Positions 36,157-47,325 of a stretch of 64,000 bases of DNA are shown here, one piece after another. The stretch covers positions 96,001-160,000 of the forward strand of contig QCDI01000001.1 of the NCBI GenBank assembly GCA_003280965.1, written 5' to 3'. Each line of letters starts with the position of its first letter. Within the stretch, counting starts at the first letter, position 1. The notes beneath the pieces are model-generated. The model ran no database searches, was not told where the DNA came from, and worked only from the letters and a program-made list of their open reading frames with translations. The position numbers and the translations under genes were made by a program. This DNA comes from Prochlorococcus sp. AG-355-B18. GTDB taxonomy: Bacteria; Cyanobacteriota; Cyanobacteriia; PCC-6307; Cyanobiaceae.

Positions 36157-37860
36157 ATGACTAAAACTAATACAGATATTGAAAGGTTCCAATACGATCA
36201 TATATTTAATTTAATCTTAAGTATTTTCAAATTTAGTGAAAAAAAATATGGAAATTTCGTAAAAGATGTAATAAGAATTTTATTAGAGTTTGAAAAAAAT
36301 GGTGAAACTATTATTGATGTTGATAATAGTTTAATAATCTTTGAATTATTAGAAGATGGCTGGCCCAATAAACATATAGATGTTCTAGAAAATATAGGTT
36401 TGATTGGTTCCCTTAATTCTCCATTCGTATTAGTAAATAGAAAATTATCCTTATCAAAATGGTCAAAAAAGATAGAAAGAGTTATCAATTCATTTCTAAA
36501 AAAAATAGATACCGATAATTTAATAAACTCAATAATTTATAAAGATGATAATAAAATTGATCAAATTAAAAATATATTTAAATATTCAAACTTAGTTTTC
36601 CTTCAAGGAGGACCAGGTACGGGTAAATCCACTTTGATAATAAAGTTAATACTAGAACTCCTTCAAGTTGATAACTTTTTAAATATAGGTTTGTCTGCTC
36701 CAACTGGTAAAGCTACAGCTCGTTTAAAAGAAGCTCTTAATGATAAAAAAAATATTTCCTTTAGCAAATTTCTAGACCAAATAGAATTTCAAACTTTACA
36801 TAGATGGATTTTAAATTCTCAAAATAAATCTCTTAAGTTGAAATTTAAACTAAAAGAGCTTGATATTTTCATAATTGATGAAATGTCAATGGTTAATATC
36901 GATTTGATTGAATCAGTTTTAAATTTGCTAGCAAAGGACTGTAAAATTATTTTAGTTGGAGATAAAAATCAATTGTCTCCAGTAAATAACTGTTCTATAT
37001 GGAATTATTTGTTTGAATATTCCGATAATAGTTCAATTAAATCTTGTGAAGTAAATTTAGAAAAAACTTATAGAAATACTGGAGATATAGCATTAATTAG
37101 TAGTTTAATATTTAATAATGATTTTTCTTTACTTAATCAAAAGATAAAAGATTTAGAAAAAGATAATAATTCAAAAGAAATTACTATTTCAAAGAGTAAA
37201 GAAAAAGATATTCCAAAAGATCTATTATTTTCGATTACAAGTCATCTAAAACAGTTAAATATTTCAACTTCAAATTTAAGTAAAAAAAAATATATATTTG
37301 ATGAGAGTATTGATAATTTATTGATTAATGAAAAAGATTTAGTAGATAAGATATTTCTGGATTTACAAAGTCACTTGATTTTATGCGAAAAAAATTCCGG
37401 AATATGGAGTGTTGAATATTTGAATGAAATAGTTTTTGGTCAAAAAAAACCCTATGACCTTAAAACTCTTAAAGAGGGTGTTCCTATCATGTGTACAAAA
37501 AATAATAATGAACTTGGATTGTCAAATGGGGATATCGGTGTACTTATAGGTTTAAAAAATAAAAGAAAATATCTTTTTAGAAAATTTAATGATAATAACG
37601 AAGAAATTGTTGCATTAATTGATCCATCTAATTTAGAAAATGTTGTACCAGCAATAGCCATTACTATTCATAAATCTCAGGGAAGTGAATCTCAAAAAGT
37701 AAACATTTTGTGGTCCCAAAACTATAGAAGAAATCAATATGTTGAAAAAGAAAAAAAAGATAATCAAAATATCTTTTGCAGAGATAATTTTGAAAGAAGG
37801 TTATTTTATACTGCTATTACAAGAGCGAAAAGATCTTTAAATATATATTATTTAAATTAA
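36157..37860 (+). CDS. recD: Exodeoxyribonuclease V alpha subunit
   Basis: GGPGTGKS, APTGKA, DEMSM, GD..QL, TIHKSQGSE, YTAITRA. Confidence 0.92.
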   Translation: MTKTNTDIERFQYDHIFNLILSIFKFSEKKYGNFVKDVIRILLEFEKNGETIIDVDNSLIIFELLEDGWPNKHIDVLENIGLIGSLNSPFVLVNRKLSLSKWSKKIERVINSFLKKIDTDNLINSIIYKDDNKIDQIKNIFKYSNLVFLQGGPGTGKSTLIIKLILELLQVDNFLNIGLSAPTGKATARLKEALNDKKNISFSKFLDQIEFQTLHRWILNSQNKSLKLKFKLKELDIFIIDEMSMVNIDLIESVLNLLAKDCKIILVGDKNQLSPVNNCSIWNYLFEYSDNSSIKSCEVNLEKTYRNTGDIALISSLIFNNDFSLLNQKIKDLEKDNNSKEITISKSKEKDIPKDLLFSITSHLKQLNISTSNLSKKKYIFDESIDNLLINEKDLVDKIFLDLQSHLILCEKNSGIWSVEYLNEIVFGQKKPYDLKTLKEGVPIMCTKNNNELGLSNGDIGVLIGLKNKRKYLFRKFNDNNEEIVALIDPSNLENVVPAIAITIHKSQGSESQKVNILWSQNYRRNQYVEKEKKDNQNIFCRDNFERRLFYTAITRAKRSLNIYYLN

Positions 37861-37895
37861 ATTTTATTTTTGAGAATAAATTTTATTTTTGAGAA
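37858..37895 (+). repeat. Perfect tandem 19-bp duplication
   Basis: TAAATTTTATTTTTGAGAA x2 starting at the recD stop codon. Confidence 0.85.
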
Positions 37896-38017
37896 ATTAG
37901 TAATATCTTAACCCTAAGATGTTAGATTAATAATTAGGCTCTGCAAGGCTAGTCAACAATTTAAGTAAATTTAGATATTTGTTGAATGCCTTATCAGAAG
38001 ATCATTGGGCATTTAAA

Positions 38018-39805
38018 ATGGCTTTTAAAAAAGATAGTAATTCTCTTGATAGTGAGCAGGAAAAATCTCAGAATGAAGATGTTTCCCTACTTGAGTTAAA
38101 GAAATTGGAGAACATAGCAGAAATTGAATCTCAAACATTGGAACTATCAAAAGAAAATGAAAATGATAATGAGAATGGATTTCTCGATTTTGGGTTTAAT
38201 AAATCGATCTTAAATTCGCTAAGAAATAAAGGTTACAAAAATCCAACTCCTATCCAAAAAGCTGCAATTCCGGAACTAATGTTAGGCAGAGATTTACTAG
38301 GCCAAGCACAAACAGGAACAGGAAAGACTGCAGCTTTCGCATTACCATTAATAGAAAAACTTGCAGATAATAAAGAATTAAATGCCAAGGTTTTAGTCAT
38401 GACTCCTACTAGAGAATTGGCTACTCAAGTGGCAGAATCTTTTAAAAGTTATAGTTCTGAATCGAGTAATTTTAAGACTGTTGCAATATACGGAGGTACC
38501 GATTATCGAAATCAAATTTCAGCATTGAAAAGAAAAGTTGACGTAGTAGTTGGTACACCTGGCCGAATAATGGATCATATCAGGCAGGGAACTTTTAAAA
38601 TTAAAGACATAAATTGTCTTGTTTTAGATGAGGCGGACGAAATGTTAAATATGGGTTTCCTTGAAGATATTGAATGGATAATAGATCAACTCCCGGAAAA
38701 TAAACAAATGGTATTGTTTTCAGCAACAATGCCTAGTGAGATTAGAAATATTGCAAAAAAATATCTAAATAATCCAGCCGAAATTTTAATCAAAAGTGTC
38801 AAAAAAGAAACTCAATTAATTTCTCAAAAATTTATATATGTACAAAGGCATCATAAGTTAGATGCTTTAAAAAGAATATTAGAAATTAACAACGAGGGAG
38901 TAATAATTTTTGTTAGAACAAAACTACTTACTACTTCAATCGCTGAAGCTTTAGAGAATTCAGGTCATACTGTGGCAGTACTTAATGGAGATATACCTCA
39001 AAATCAAAGAGAAAATACTGTAGATAGATTAAAAAAAGGATTTATTGATATCCTTGTTGCAACTGATGTCGCAGCTAGAGGATTAGATGTAGAGAGGATA
39101 AAACTTGTTGTTAATTACGATTTTCCTTTTGATAAGGAAACATACACTCATAGAATTGGAAGAACGGGAAGGGCAGGTAGATCAGGAGAGGCAATTTTAT
39201 TTGTGAATCAAAGAGAAAAACATTTTCTAAGAAACCTAGAAAACTCAACAAGAACTAAGATTGAAGAAATTAATATACCATGTAATAAAATAATAAATGA
39301 AAAAAGGATGGAGAAACTTATAGATAATGTTAACGATAGTTTTTTAGCTAAAGAAGAAAATGAAGAAAATAAAGCTTTGATTATTGATGTACTAGATAAT
39401 TTAAAAGAAAAACACGCTATGGATGACTCAAATATTGCAATGGCGGCGATTAATTTAGTAATAGGTAATAAAGCATTTTTTGTTAATGAAGATGATTCTT
39501 GGATACATAAACAAAATAATACTGATCGAAATAGATCAAATAGAAATGGTAATAATCGTATGAGAAATTCAAATAGAAGAAATAATTATCAAAATGAATC
39601 TTTTGAAACCTATAAATTTAACTTTGGTAAATTTGATGGGGTTAGAGTTGCAAATATCATATCCTCAATCTGTAATTCAACTAATATAAATGGTAGATCC
39701 ATTGGTAAAATACAGATTTTTAATGATTATAGTTTGGTAGATTTACCAAGAGATCTGCATAGAGAAACTAAAAATAAATTAAAAAAAATTAAAGTCAGAA
39801 ACTAG
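38018..39805 (+). CDS. DEAD-box RNA helicase (DeaD/CsdA-like)
   Basis: AQTGTGKT, PTRELA, DEAD, SAT, HRIGRTGR; C-terminal DbpA-like domain; ATG 38018 preferred. Confidence 0.93.
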   Translation: MAFKKDSNSLDSEQEKSQNEDVSLLELKKLENIAEIESQTLELSKENENDNENGFLDFGFNKSILNSLRNKGYKNPTPIQKAAIPELMLGRDLLGQAQTGTGKTAAFALPLIEKLADNKELNAKVLVMTPTRELATQVAESFKSYSSESSNFKTVAIYGGTDYRNQISALKRKVDVVVGTPGRIMDHIRQGTFKIKDINCLVLDEADEMLNMGFLEDIEWIIDQLPENKQMVLFSATMPSEIRNIAKKYLNNPAEILIKSVKKETQLISQKFIYVQRHHKLDALKRILEINNEGVIIFVRTKLLTTSIAEALENSGHTVAVLNGDIPQNQRENTVDRLKKGFIDILVATDVAARGLDVERIKLVVNYDFPFDKETYTHRIGRTGRAGRSGEAILFVNQREKHFLRNLENSTRTKIEEINIPCNKIINEKRMEKLIDNVNDSFLAKEENEENKALIIDVLDNLKEKHAMDDSNIAMAAINLVIGNKAFFVNEDDSWIHKQNNTDRNRSNRNGNNRMRNSNRRNNYQNESFETYKFNFGKFDGVRVANIISSICNSTNINGRSIGKIQIFNDYSLVDLPRDLHRETKNKLKKIKVRN

Positions 39806-39814
39806 GAATAGAGA

Positions 39815-40108
39815 ATGAAAGCTAGCAAATATAAACTCTTTATCTTTGTAAATCTGATGATCCTATTCAACTCTTTTAATAATTATTATTTAGCCCAAAC
39901 GAAACAAAATTCAATCATAAAATTATTTTGTCTTGAGAGTGTTAAAGAGGAGATGATGAAAGCAGAAATGGTATATAGTGAAAAAATTGCGAATGAAACT
40001 TGTGAATGCTACTACGAAGAATTTACACAAACAGCAAGTCATCAAGATGCAAAAACAAAATGTAAATTAGAAGCTAAAGAAAATTTAAATCTTGATAGAG
40101 AAATATAA
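39815..40108 (+). CDS. Conserved hypothetical secreted protein
   Basis: 97 aa, signal-like N-terminus, four Cys. Confidence 0.75.
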   Translation: MKASKYKLFIFVNLMILFNSFNNYYLAQTKQNSIIKLFCLESVKEEMMKAEMVYSEKIANETCECYYEEFTQTASHQDAKTKCKLEAKENLNLDREI

Positions 40109-40118
40109 TTGTTATTTT

Positions 40119-41891
40119 ATGAGTTCTAACAAAAATCAAAATCCAATAATTAGACTTTATTTGAATCTGATTGAAGAAAGAAGGTTGTTATTTTTTGCTT
40201 TTTTTAGTTCCATAATTAATAAAATATTAGATTTAGCTCCCCCTGTAATAATTGGTCTTGCGGTGGATATCGTTGTTAAGGAACAGAATTCATGGATTGC
40301 TGGATTTGGTATAAAAGAAGTGCCAGCACAATTGATTTTTCTTGCATTTGCTTCAGGAATAGTTTGGTCTGGTGAATCCTCCTTTGAATATTTATATTCG
40401 ATTTTATGGAGAAATTTGGCTCAGCTTTCGCAACATAAATTAAGAATAAAAGCTTATGAGCATATCCAAGAATTAGATATGGATTTTTTTGAAAATGATA
40501 ATACTGGAAGACTATTATCTATTTTGAATGATGACATAAATCAACTCGAGAGATTTCTAGACCAAGGGGCTAATCAGATTATTCAGTTATTTATAACTGT
40601 CTTAATAATTGGGGGCACTATGATTTTTGTTGCTCCAAAAATCGCTTTATTTGCATTCTTTCCTATTCCCATCATATTTTTAGGATCAATTAAATTTCAA
40701 AGGAAGCTTGCTCCAAAATATAGAGATGTTAGAAATAAAGCTGGACTTTTGGCATCAAGACTAAATAATAATTTAAGTGGAATTCTGACAATAAAAAGTT
40801 TTACAAAAGAAAATTGGGAACTAAATAGATTAAATAAAGAAAGTCTCGATTATCAAAGAAGTAATAAGGCTGCAATAAAATTATCTTCCGCTTTTATCCC
40901 TCTCATAAGATTCGCAATTCTATTTGCTTTTATAGCGATTCTATTAATTGGAGGTTTCCAAACTTGGAATAAGACACTTGATGTAGGTACTTATAGTTTT
41001 TTAGTGTTTATTACACAAAGACTATTATGGCCTTTAACTACTTTGGGGCATGTATTAGATGATTTTCAGAGATCTATGGCATCAATAAATAGAGTAATTG
41101 ATCTCATAGATACGCCTATAAAAATAAAAGATGGAAAAATAAAAATTGACCCTAAAGATACTAAAGGAGAAATTATTTTTAATAATGTAAATTTTAATTA
41201 TCCTGGCCGAGATTTAACTTTAAAAAACATAAATTTCAAAATTGAAAATAATTCAACATTAGGAATTGTTGGGTTAACAGGTTCTGGTAAAAGTACAATA
41301 ATTAAAATACTCCTTAGGATTTACGATAGTAATAAAGGCTCAATAACCTTGGATGGAATTTCTATTAAAGAAATTAATTTGAGGGATTTAAGAAAGTGCA
41401 TATCTTTGGTAAGTCAAGAAACTTATTTATTTCATGGCAGCGTACAAGAAAATATAGCTTATGGCTCAATTAATCCAAGTTTTAAAGATATTGTTAAGGC
41501 CTCAAAAATTGCTGAAGCTCATAAATTTATTGAACAATTGCCAGATGGTTATAAAACTATAGTGGGGGAAAGGGGCCAAAGGCTATCAGGAGGTCAACGC
41601 CAAAGAATTGCCTTGGCGAGAGCTGTTTTAAAGGATGCTCCAATATTAATATTAGATGAAGCTACAGCTTCAGTTGATAATGAAACAGAGGCTTTAATTC
41701 AAAAATCGTTATCTAAAATCACAAAAGAAAGAACAACTATAGTAATAGCTCATAGATTAAGCACTATAAAAAAAGCGGATAATATTGTAGTTATTGATAA
41801 AGGTAAAATAGTTGAAAGCGGAAAACATGAAAAACTATTGGAACAGAACAAAATATATGCTGATTTGTGGAATGTTCAAGTAGGATTCTAG
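40119..41891 (+). CDS. ABC exporter, fused permease and ATP-binding domains
   Basis: TM domain, GLTGSGKS, LSGGQRQR, ILDEAT; ATG 40119 preferred. Confidence 0.93.
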   Translation: MSSNKNQNPIIRLYLNLIEERRLLFFAFFSSIINKILDLAPPVIIGLAVDIVVKEQNSWIAGFGIKEVPAQLIFLAFASGIVWSGESSFEYLYSILWRNLAQLSQHKLRIKAYEHIQELDMDFFENDNTGRLLSILNDDINQLERFLDQGANQIIQLFITVLIIGGTMIFVAPKIALFAFFPIPIIFLGSIKFQRKLAPKYRDVRNKAGLLASRLNNNLSGILTIKSFTKENWELNRLNKESLDYQRSNKAAIKLSSAFIPLIRFAILFAFIAILLIGGFQTWNKTLDVGTYSFLVFITQRLLWPLTTLGHVLDDFQRSMASINRVIDLIDTPIKIKDGKIKIDPKDTKGEIIFNNVNFNYPGRDLTLKNINFKIENNSTLGIVGLTGSGKSTIIKILLRIYDSNKGSITLDGISIKEINLRDLRKCISLVSQETYLFHGSVQENIAYGSINPSFKDIVKASKIAEAHKFIEQLPDGYKTIVGERGQRLSGGQRQRIALARAVLKDAPILILDEATASVDNETEALIQKSLSKITKERTTIVIAHRLSTIKKADNIVVIDKGKIVESGKHEKLLEQNKIYADLWNVQVGF

Positions 41892-41905
41892 TATGAATTT
41901 CTAAA

Positions 41906-42463
41906 CTATATTAAGAAGTTAAATGATTCAATTACATTGCTAAACAAATTATCAACTTTATTCCATCTCTCTTCATTTGTTCCTACAGCGAAAGTATAAA
42001 GTGTTCCTCTATCAATTACAACAGTAGCTAATTCATGTCTTGCCTGTTCATTTAAATTTAATTCATACTCTAAATCATAAAAAATATGATTGGATGCTTC
42101 CCTCTTATTGGCATTTATAAGTTTTACCTCTCTACCTGAGCCTTCGGGAGCAATGACTTTATCTATTAATGTTTGACCAACTTCGCTTGGGCTCCCTAAT
42201 TGCTCTAATTGAACCTCTTTATTGACATCAGAAATCACTAAACTTAATGTTTCATTGCTATTGATCAAATCATGATAAATAATTTCAGGTCCTCCATCAA
42301 CTTTTACTCTAGTCCATCCTGTTGGATACAAAAAGGCATATCTACCATCTGGACTTTGATAAGCTTCTAATCCCGCATTTAGTCCGCCACTACAAGCACT
42401 CAGTGTTAAGCACAAAAAAACCAAAAATAAATATTTGAAAGGGTTAAATTTAATATTTTTCAT
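41906..42463 (-). CDS. psbP: Photosystem II PsbP (CyanoP) lipoprotein
   Basis: LSAC lipobox, Y.FLYP.GW, LGSPSEVG. Confidence 0.9.
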   Translation of the reverse strand: MKNIKFNPFKYLFLVFLCLTLSACSGGLNAGLEAYQSPDGRYAFLYPTGWTRVKVDGGPEIIYHDLINSNETLSLVISDVNKEVQLEQLGSPSEVGQTLIDKVIAPEGSGREVKLINANKREASNHIFYDLEYELNLNEQARHELATVVIDRGTLYTFAVGTNEERWNKVDNLFSNVIESFNFLI

Positions 42464-42566
42464 TTTGTTTGAAATTACTAACTAAAAACATAATAAGACA
42501 TTAAAAGCAAACAATTATGGCAATTCGGAATTTTGCGTCTAAATTATCTCTAGAAATAGTTTAATT

Positions 42567-43166
42567 TTGATTACTTATACCAAGCCACTTTCAAAATTAA
42601 TTGGTCATTTTGAGAAATTCCCAGGGATTGGTCCAAGAACAGCGCAACGATTAGCGCTGTTTATTTTAAAACAACCTGAAAGCACAATAAGGGATTTTTC
42701 AAAGGCCCTGTTAGAAGCTCATAGTAATGTCGGTCGTTGTAAAAAATGTTTCAATTTGACCTCAGAAGATGAATGTGAAATTTGTAGAAATTCTGAAAGA
42801 AACCACAAACTTATCTGTGTGGTAGCAGAAACCAAAGATTTACTTGCTTTAGAACGTGCTAGAGAATTTAAAGGTGTCTATCACGTTATTGGTGGTTTAA
42901 TATCCCCAATGGATGCTGTTGGCCCTGAACTCTTAGAAATAAGAAGCCTAGTAGAACGAGTTAGTAAGTCTGAAATAGAGGAGATCATATTGGCGTTAAC
43001 CCCAAGTGTTGAAGGAGATACTACAAGTCTTTATATTGGAAAATTGTTAGCCCCTTTTACTAAAGTTACGAGGATTGCTTACGGTCTTCCAATGGGTAGT
43101 GAACTTGAATATGTAGATGAAGTTACGCTTGCTAGGGCTCTAGAAGGAAGAACAAAACTAAATTAG
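42567..43166 (+). CDS. recR: Recombination mediator RecR
   Basis: [12 protein letters not shown]4 zinc finger, YHVIGG, Toprim EGDTT. Confidence 0.96.
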   Translation: MITYTKPLSKLIGHFEKFPGIGPRTAQRLALFILKQPESTIRDFSKALLEAHSNVGRCKKCFNLTSEDECEICRNSERNHKLICVVAETKDLLALERAREFKGVYHVIGGLISPMDAVGPELLEIRSLVERVSKSEIEEIILALTPSVEGDTTSLYIGKLLAPFTKVTRIAYGLPMGSELEYVDEVTLARALEGRTKLN

Positions 43167-43168
43167 AA

Positions 43169-44068
43169 ATGAGACAAAATAATCTAATCAAGAAAGAAAA
43201 AATCTTAAGACTTCCTTCTTGGATAAAATTTCCTATTAGTAAAGCTTCAGAGTTCGAAAAAGTACAAACACTTATTAAGAGATCAAATATTCATACTATT
43301 TGTGAAGAAGCAAGATGTCCAAATAGAGCAGAATGTTATGCCTCCGGCACAGCTACTTTTTTATTAGGTGGATCGATATGTTCTCGTTCATGTGCTTTTT
43401 GTCAGGTAAGTAAAGGTAGACCTAGTTCTATCAATATTGATGAATGTACTCAAGTCGCTGAAGCAGTGAAAGTACTAAATTTGAAATATGTTGTTTTGAC
43501 ATCTGTAGCTAGAGACGATCTCCCTGATCATGGTGCAAATTTATTTATATCTACAATTGATGAGATTAGAAAAATTGATTCAACAATTAAAATTGAAGTT
43601 TTAACTCCTGATTTATGGGGTGGAGGAAAAAATCTTGATGAAGCAAATAACCTTCAGACTGAGAGATTGAAGATGATTTTAGAAAAAGATCCAATATGCT
43701 TTAATCATAATCTTGAAACTGTTGAAAGACTGCAAAAAGAAGTTAGGAGGGGTGCAAATTACAAAAAATCCCTTAGTTTACTAAAAAAGTCAAAGGATAT
43801 TGCTCCTCATATTCAAACTAAATCTGGCATTATGTTAGGACTTGGGGAAACATTGGATGAAATAAAAAATACAATTTATGATCTTAAAAAAATAGATTGT
43901 GATCAAATTACAATTGGCCAATATTTAAGGCCCTCATTCAATCATTTGGAAGTTAAGAAATATTGGGATCCATCAGAGTTTGAATATTTATATCGCTTCT
44001 CTAAGGAATTAGGATTCAAAAAAATATCTTCTGGCCCTTTAGTTAGAAGTAGTTATCACGCGGGTTAA
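43169..44068 (+). CDS. lipA: Lipoyl synthase
   Basis: CEEARCPNRAEC, CSRSCAFC, RSSYHA. Confidence 0.96.
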   Translation: MRQNNLIKKEKILRLPSWIKFPISKASEFEKVQTLIKRSNIHTICEEARCPNRAECYASGTATFLLGGSICSRSCAFCQVSKGRPSSINIDECTQVAEAVKVLNLKYVVLTSVARDDLPDHGANLFISTIDEIRKIDSTIKIEVLTPDLWGGGKNLDEANNLQTERLKMILEKDPICFNHNLETVERLQKEVRRGANYKKSLSLLKKSKDIAPHIQTKSGIMLGLGETLDEIKNTIYDLKKIDCDQITIGQYLRPSFNHLEVKKYWDPSEFEYLYRFSKELGFKKISSGPLVRSSYHAG

Positions 44069-44565
44069 CTTTCTTCAATTAAAGAGAGTTTCTTTTCAAG
44101 TCTTTTCAGTATGGAAATAGATTCCCCGTTCATAAGTGTACCTGCACCTCCCCAAACCAATCTTAATAAAAGATCTACTGGGCTAGAACCAACTTCTTTG
44201 ACAATTTTGAATCCTATTAACTTGAAATATCTTACAAGTTTTTTACTATACCCTTCACTATCAAAAATAGCTAACAGTCTTACTTTGTTGCTTGATTTTT
44301 TTTCAATTGCCCAAGCCATAGTTGTTGCCCATATTAATTCCGAAACAAAAGCAGGAGCTTTACTAAGGATTCTTAATGTATCGAGCTGAACACCTTTTTT
44401 ATTTAAATAAGTCCAACCTTTCATTTCGGCCCAAATCTTAATTATGTTATCTTTCTGTTCTGCAATCACGATTCTAAAGAAACATAATCCGATAGTTTCT
44501 CTAACTTGAATTTTAATTAATAATCCAATGGAACCTGCTAATTTTTCTAATTCTTCAACTTTCAT
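44065..44565 (-). CDS. Conserved hypothetical protein
   Basis: 166-aa ORF ending in LVWGGAGTLM. Confidence 0.8.
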   Translation of the reverse strand: MKVEELEKLAGSIGLLIKIQVRETIGLCFFRIVIAEQKDNIIKIWAEMKGWTYLNKKGVQLDTLRILSKAPAFVSELIWATTMAWAIEKKSSNKVRLLAIFDSEGYSKKLVRYFKLIGFKIVKEVGSSPVDLLLRLVWGGAGTLMNGESISILKRLEKKLSLIEES

Positions 44566-44583
44566 GATTTTGAAAATTAGTCC

Positions 44584-45510
44584 TTAATAGATTTTATGAT
44601 TTTTCTCTTTTGATCTATCGATTTGTTTTTGTCTTTCTTCAAACCTCTTCCTATCATCATCGCTGAATTGGTCTATGCAGAAATGGCATTGGATACCCTT
44701 TCTATATTCTTTTCTTTTTTGATCTTGAATTGAAATTGGCATTCCACAAGCATGACAAATCGAGTAAGAGCCTTTTTCTAAATCTTGATCTAAAGCAACT
44801 CTTTTATCAAAAACATAACATTCACCTTCAAATAAGTTTTTTTCTTTTGGTACATCGTCAAGGTATTGAAGGATACCCCCTTGTAGGTGATAAATATTTT
44901 TATAACCTTTCTTTTTCAGTAAACTAGTAGCTTTTTCACATCTTATCCCTCCGGTACAAAACATTGCTATATTTGCATTCTGTTTATTTTCTAAATGGGT
45001 TTTTAAATAATCATCTACCCACTTGGGGAATTCGCTAAAGTTTCTAGTATTTGGGTTTATAGAGTTCTGAAATGTACCTAAAGAAACCTCATAATGATTT
45101 CTAGTATCAATGACTATTGTATTTTGATTTTTAATTAACTTATTCCAATCAGCTGAGTCAATATAGGTCCCATTATTTTCTGCAGGGTTTATTTCAGGGA
45201 CACCCATGGTAACTATTTCTTTTTTGATTTTTATTTTTAATTTTTTGAAGACTTTCTCTTTTGAAAAGTTTACTTTAATATTCAAATTTCTATTACCTGC
45301 ATATTTATTAAGTAAATTGATAACAAAATCAATTACATTTTTCTTAGCACAAATAGTTCCATTAATACCCTCACTTGCAAAAATCAACAAACCTGAAAGA
45401 TCATTTTCATTTTCGATTTCTAATAATTTATTTTTTAGATCAAGAATTAAGTTTTCTTGAAATGAGAAGAAAGAGTAAAGAGAAACTATTTTATAATTTT
45501 TGCCTTTCAT
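44584..45510 (-). CDS. trhO: Rhodanese-domain tRNA uridine(34) hydroxylase (UPF0176)
   Basis: [33 protein letters not shown]. Confidence 0.88.
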   Translation of the reverse strand: MKGKNYKIVSLYSFFSFQENLILDLKNKLLEIENENDLSGLLIFASEGINGTICAKKNVIDFVINLLNKYAGNRNLNIKVNFSKEKVFKKLKIKIKKEIVTMGVPEINPAENNGTYIDSADWNKLIKNQNTIVIDTRNHYEVSLGTFQNSINPNTRNFSEFPKWVDDYLKTHLENKQNANIAMFCTGGIRCEKATSLLKKKGYKNIYHLQGGILQYLDDVPKEKNLFEGECYVFDKRVALDQDLEKGSYSICHACGMPISIQDQKRKEYRKGIQCHFCIDQFSDDDRKRFEERQKQIDRSKEKNHKIY

Positions 45511-46514
45511 AAAGAAGATAATGTTTTTTCACTAGTTTCAAAATCTTTGTTAAATGATACTCCTACCTCTTTAAGAAGTTTTCTGTCTGATTGAAAAGAT
45601 GGATTTGAAGTTGTGAGTAACTCATCTCCATAAAAAATTGAATTTGCCCCACATTGAAAACATAAAATTTGGGCTTCTTTTGAAAGCTTTTCTCGCCCTG
45701 CACTTAATCTTATTTTACTTTTAGGCATAAGAATTCTTGCTGTAGCTATCATCCTTATCATTTCAATAGAATCAATTTCTTGATTATTTTCTAAACCAGT
45801 ACCTTCAATAGCTACTAGTGAATTTATAGGAACACTTTCAGGGTGTGGATTCATATTTGAAAGCACTTCCAAAAGAGATGCTCTATCGCCATTAGTTTCA
45901 CCCAAGCCTATTATCCCTCCACAACAAACATTTATTCCTGCATTCCTCACCCTTTTGATAGTATCTAATCTGTCTTGATAAGTTCTAGTCGTAATAATAT
46001 TTTTATAATGCTCAGGACTAGTATCAAGATTGTGGTTGTATGCGGTCAAACCTGCATCAGCCAGTCTGGAAGCTTGTTCTTCTGTAAGCATCCCAGCAGT
46101 AACGCATGCTTCCATCCCTAAATCTCTTACACCGCTGACCATCTCTAACATTGCATTAAAAGATTTCCCATCTCTAATTTCTCTCCACGCCCAACCCATA
46201 CAAAACCTATCTGCACCCTCATTCTTTGCTATTTGAGCTCTTGCTAAAACCTCTTCAACTTGAAATTGTGGATGACTTTTGATTTCGCTAGCACTATAAA
46301 TTGATTGGCTACAGTAAGAACAATTTTCTTCACATCCACCTGTTTTTACGCTGAACAATGATGCTAATTGAATGTAGTATTTGTTAAATTTCCTGTGAAC
46401 GGTTTGTGATTCCCACATTAAATCTATAAGAGGCATATTAAGTATTTCTAATATCTCCTCTTTATTCCAATCGAACCTAATTTCTTTTAATAACTGATTA
46501 TCCGAATTAGCCAT
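45507..46514 (-). CDS. bioB: Biotin synthase
   Basis: CEENCSYC radical SAM motif, YNHNLDT, PESVPIN; start MANSD at 46514 preferred. Confidence 0.95.
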   Translation of the reverse strand: MANSDNQLLKEIRFDWNKEEILEILNMPLIDLMWESQTVHRKFNKYYIQLASLFSVKTGGCEENCSYCSQSIYSASEIKSHPQFQVEEVLARAQIAKNEGADRFCMGWAWREIRDGKSFNAMLEMVSGVRDLGMEACVTAGMLTEEQASRLADAGLTAYNHNLDTSPEHYKNIITTRTYQDRLDTIKRVRNAGINVCCGGIIGLGETNGDRASLLEVLSNMNPHPESVPINSLVAIEGTGLENNQEIDSIEMIRMIATARILMPKSKIRLSAGREKLSKEAQILCFQCGANSIFYGDELLTTSNPSFQSDRKLLKEVGVSFNKDFETSEKTLSSL

Positions 46515-46518
46515 TTTA

Positions 46519-47322
46519 TTAGGAAGAATATTGAGAATCTTCATAAGATTCATTTGGTAATGATTCTATACCGCCGAAACGTCTATTCCTTGATTGGTAA
46601 TCAATTATTGCTTTTAGAAATTCAAACTCATTAAAATCTGGCCACAGAATGTCAGTTATATAAATTTCTGAATAAGCTAATTGCCATAAAAGAAAGTTAC
46701 TTATTCTTTTTTCTCCACTAGTTCTTATTAGTAATTCAGGATCCTTAATTCCTTGAGTTAATAGCTCTGAATTAAATAGTTCTTCATTAACTTCACTTGG
46801 TTTTATTTCCCCAGAAGAAGATTTTAATGCTAATTCTTTTGCAACTTTTACTATTTCTTGCCTACCTCCGTAATTCGCACAAACGTTTAATAAAAAGGAA
46901 TTATTATTTTTTGTTAGAGATTCCGAGCTATATATTAATTGTTTTAGATCATCTGGGAAAGGAGATAAATCTCCGATTAATTTTATTTTAATTAATTCTT
47001 GATGGATCTCTTCGATTTCGTTTTTCAAGACTTCTCTGAAAAGGTTTATAAGGAAATCAACCTCTTTCGTTGGCCTTGTCCAATTTTCAGTTGAAAAAGC
47101 ATAAACAGTAAGTACCTTACAACCTAAATTTTTTGATGCTTTAAGAATTTCTTTTAATACGCTGACTCCCTTGTTATGACCAAATGATCTAGGTAAGCCT
47201 TTTTTTGTAGCCCATCGCCCATTCCCATCCATAATTATTGCGACATGTTCTGGCACTTTTTGCTTATCTATTCTTTTGGATAAGTCAGTATTTTTCTTGT
47301 AAATTATTTTACCAAAACTCAT
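46519..47322 (-). CDS. uppS: Isoprenyl transferase (undecaprenyl diphosphate synthase)
   Basis: [29 protein letters not shown]. Confidence 0.95.
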   Translation of the reverse strand: MSFGKIIYKKNTDLSKRIDKQKVPEHVAIIMDGNGRWATKKGLPRSFGHNKGVSVLKEILKASKNLGCKVLTVYAFSTENWTRPTKEVDFLINLFREVLKNEIEEIHQELIKIKLIGDLSPFPDDLKQLIYSSESLTKNNNSFLLNVCANYGGRQEIVKVAKELALKSSSGEIKPSEVNEELFNSELLTQGIKDPELLIRTSGEKRISNFLLWQLAYSEIYITDILWPDFNEFEFLKAIIDYQSRNRRFGGIESLPNESYEDSQYSS

Positions 47323-47325
47323 ATG

